From: Minisyncoccota bacterium
GTDB taxonomy: Bacteria > Patescibacteriota > Minisyncoccia > Phycocordibacterales > Phycocordibacteraceae
Length of the DNA stretch: 64,000 nucleotides
Assembly: GCA_041664265.1 (NCBI GenBank)
Contig: JBAYLD010000004.1
Span: forward strand, 33,470-97,469
Direction: 5' to 3'
Part shown: piece after piece, positions 62,042 through 64,000 of the stretch
Layout of the letters: each line of letters starts with the position of its first letter
Position numbering within the stretch: the first letter of the stretch is position 1
Notes under the pieces: model-generated
Told to the model about the DNA's origin: nothing
Database searches by the model: none
The model's input: only the letters and a program-made list of their open reading frames with translations
Translations under genes and position numbers: made by a program

Positions 62042-64000
62042 TTATTTTAGGTATTCGGCTGCTTCGGCTGGGGTGAGGGAGTCGGCGGAGACGTCAGTGG
62101 GGAGGTAGATACGGCGGAGGCCTTTTTTCAAAAAGAGCCCCTGCTTTGATTTGTAGAGCGAGAGCATCTTGCCAGTGCGTGGGTGCTTGCCGATCTCCTT
62201 CACGAGCTCAATCCCTTTTGCTTGTTGTTTTGGTGTAGCGATGAGCGCGAGCGCCTCATCAAGCGTGATGGTGTAAGGGTCGCCAACTTTTGCCTTGAGC
62301 GAGCGGAACTCGCCATCACTGCCGACATACGGGCCGAAGCGCCCGGTTGAGGCGAACACCGGCTTGCCGGTGGAGGGGTGCATCCCGAGCTCTCGCGGCA
62401 ACGAGAGATATTTGAGTGCATCGGCGAGTGTCACCTGCGCCAGGTCGGTCCCCGCCGGGATACTCGCGCGCTTGGCAGCAGTCTTCGGCCGACCCTTACC
62501 GCGCTTTGTTGGCTTCTTTTTCTTTCCTTCTTTTTCTTTTGTGTCTTCACTGCCTCTTGCTCCTGCCTCCTGCTTGTTTTCTTCTAGTGCCATCTCGACA
62601 TACGGCCCAAACCTTCCCGTCTTTATATAAATAGGCGCGCCCGTTTCCGGATGCATACCGATAGGCTCATCGCCCTTAAGCTCCGCACCCTCTTCAGTGC
62701 GCGCACCAAGGCAGTCCGGATACTTCTTGCAGCTCATAAAGACGCCGCCACGGCCGAGCTTGAACTCCATCGAACTCCCACAGAGCGGGCAGGGGAATTC
62801 TTCTGCGGCATCGCCAAGTGATGTTGCTTTTGGGAGCTTCTCTTTGGCCTGCACCGCTTTTTCAAATGGGCCATAAAATGCAGAAAGCGTCTCGGTATAG
62901 CCGCGCTCTCCGCGTGCGATTTCGTCGAGCTCGTTCTCCATCTCTGCGGTGAACGTGTCGCTCACATAGGTGGGGAAATGTTCTTCAAGCCAGCCGGAGA
63001 CGACCATGCCGGTGGCGGTTGGCTTGAGCGCTCGCGCGAGTTTCTCGACATAGCCGCGATCTTGGATCGTCTTCATGATCGAGGCATAGGTTGAGGGGCG
63101 CCCGATACCGCGCTTCTCGAGCTCCTTGATAAGCCCCGCTTCGGTGTAGCGATTGGGGGGTTCGGTCTGCTTCTCATCGGCACCGAGAGAGAGAAGCGTG
63201 AGCGGGTCGCCACTGGCCAACTTCGGCAATTCGACATCTTCGCCGCGCGCTTTCGTATCGAGCGCGAGCCAGCCGGGGAAGATGATGCGTGAACCGTTCG
63301 CAGTGAAGAGGGGAATGCTTGCCTCGCCGGAGCTGTGCGGAGGCGGGTCGGCTTTTGCCGAGATAGATGTGCGCATAACGCGTGCGGGCGCCATCTGCGA
63401 GGCGAGTGCACGAGTGCGAATGAGCTCATAGAGCTGTGTTTCGTCTGGCGTAGCGCCCGCGCGCGCCTGGTGTGAGTCGGTAGGGCGTACGGCCTCGTGT
63501 GCTTCTTGGGCGTTCTTACTTTTCGTTTTGTATACTCGCACCTGGAGGTATTCTTTCCCGAATTGCTTCTCAACGACGCCCGCCATCTTCGCGACCGCTT
63601 CTTTAGAGAGGTTTACTGAATCGGTGCGCATGTAGGTGATGTGGCCGGCCTCATACAACTTTTGCGCAGCGCGCATGGTGCGTGAGGGAGCGAAGCCGAG
63701 TCGTGTCGAAGCGGCCTGTTGGAGCGTTGAGGTGGTGAAGGGCGGCCGCGGATTGCGATCTTCAGCCTTCTCGCTCACATCGGCGACGCTCCATTTTGCT
63801 GCGCGGCCTTCTCGCACGATCCGCTCCGCTTCTTCTTTTGTCTTTGGCTGTTCGGTACAGGTGGTAGCTAGATCTCCTGTTTTCGATTTAAATAAAGCGG
63901 AAAGCACAAAATAAGTAGCCGGTATAAAGGCTTTAATTTCGCGCTCGCGTTCGGCGAGAATCCGGAGCGCGGGCGACTGCACGCGCCCAGCCGAGAGTCC
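62042..64000 (-). CDS. topA: DNA topoisomerase I, N-terminus beyond the window
   Basis: TopA domain II-IV motifs, C-terminal Zn-ribbon CPLCGSSMEF...CKKYPDC and a lysine-rich tail. The frame is open to the window edge. Confidence 0.85.
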   Translation of the reverse strand, partial: GLSAGRVQSPALRILAEREREIKAFIPATYFVLSALFKSKTGDLATTCTEQPKTKEEAERIVREGRAAKWSVADVSEKAEDRNPRPPFTTSTLQQAASTRLGFAPSRTMRAAQKLYEAGHITYMRTDSVNLSKEAVAKMAGVVEKQFGKEYLQVRVYKTKSKNAQEAHEAVRPTDSHQARAGATPDETQLYELIRTRALASQMAPARVMRTSISAKADPPPHSSGEASIPLFTANGSRIIFPGWLALDTKARGEDVELPKLASGDPLTLLSLGADEKQTEPPNRYTEAGLIKELEKRGIGRPSTYASIMKTIQDRGYVEKLARALKPTATGMVVSGWLEEHFPTYVSDTFTAEMENELDEIARGERGYTETLSAFYGPFEKAVQAKEKLPKATSLGDAAEEFPCPLCGSSMEFKLGRGGVFMSCKKYPDCLGARTEEGAELKGDEPIGMHPETGAPIYIKTGRFGPYVEMALEENKQEAGARGSEDTKEKEGKKKKPTKRGKGRPKTAAKRASIPAGTDLAQVTLADALKYLSLPRELGMHPSTGKPVFASTGRFGPYVGSDGEFRSLKAKVGDPYTITLDEALALIATPKQQAKGIELVKEIGKHPRTGKMLSLYKSKQGLFLKKGLRRIYLPTDVSADSLTPAEAAEYLK

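Overview
This is a high-GC bacterial chromosomal window with several AT-rich islands. The gene content loosely suggests a small-genome, possibly Candidate-Phyla-Radiation-like organism. That guess rests on a short PrmC, a PIF1-type helicase, an RRM protein and many Big_2/MBG/CHRD surface proteins.

Housekeeping genes:
- dnaG (C-terminal part) and rpoD
- hisS and prmC
- an OmpR-type response regulator next to a 958-aa multi-PAS histidine kinase
- cspA and an RRM-type RNA-binding protein
- cysteine desulfurase, clpB, rpmG, tRNA-Trp(CCA), miaA, tRNA-Leu(CAA), parB, a Rel/SpoT homolog and a partial topA
- panD
- a cluster of three GH130 modules plus a HAD hydrolase
- SET-domain and cupin proteins.

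Accessory content is concentrated between about 20.3 and 34.2 kb. It holds a DnaQ/ExoX-like exonuclease, a GIY-YIG protein, truncated TspO, RadC, a HigB-like toxin followed by an XRE-HTH/ImmA-IrrE fusion protein, and a small Zn-ribbon protein. These are followed by a type I restriction-modification (RM) operon in the order hsdR-hsdM-[M23 peptidase + HEPN-like hypothetical]-hsdS. The two cargo genes are AT-rich and translationally coupled between hsdM and hsdS. This is the best candidate for an undescribed restriction-linked defence module. Downstream is an array of small AT-rich genes separated by palindromic repeats.

Two other results stand out. First, dispersed perfect-palindrome (REP-like) repeat families occur at twelve or more sites. 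Some are inserted in-frame inside prmC, the PIF1 helicase and the transposase gene itself. Second, a REP-associated tyrosine transposase (RAYT/IS200-like) is flanked by its own palindromes. Three large secreted proteins share an unusual C-terminal GGGGRR...AQGQVLGA module. No rRNA or CRISPR array was seen.
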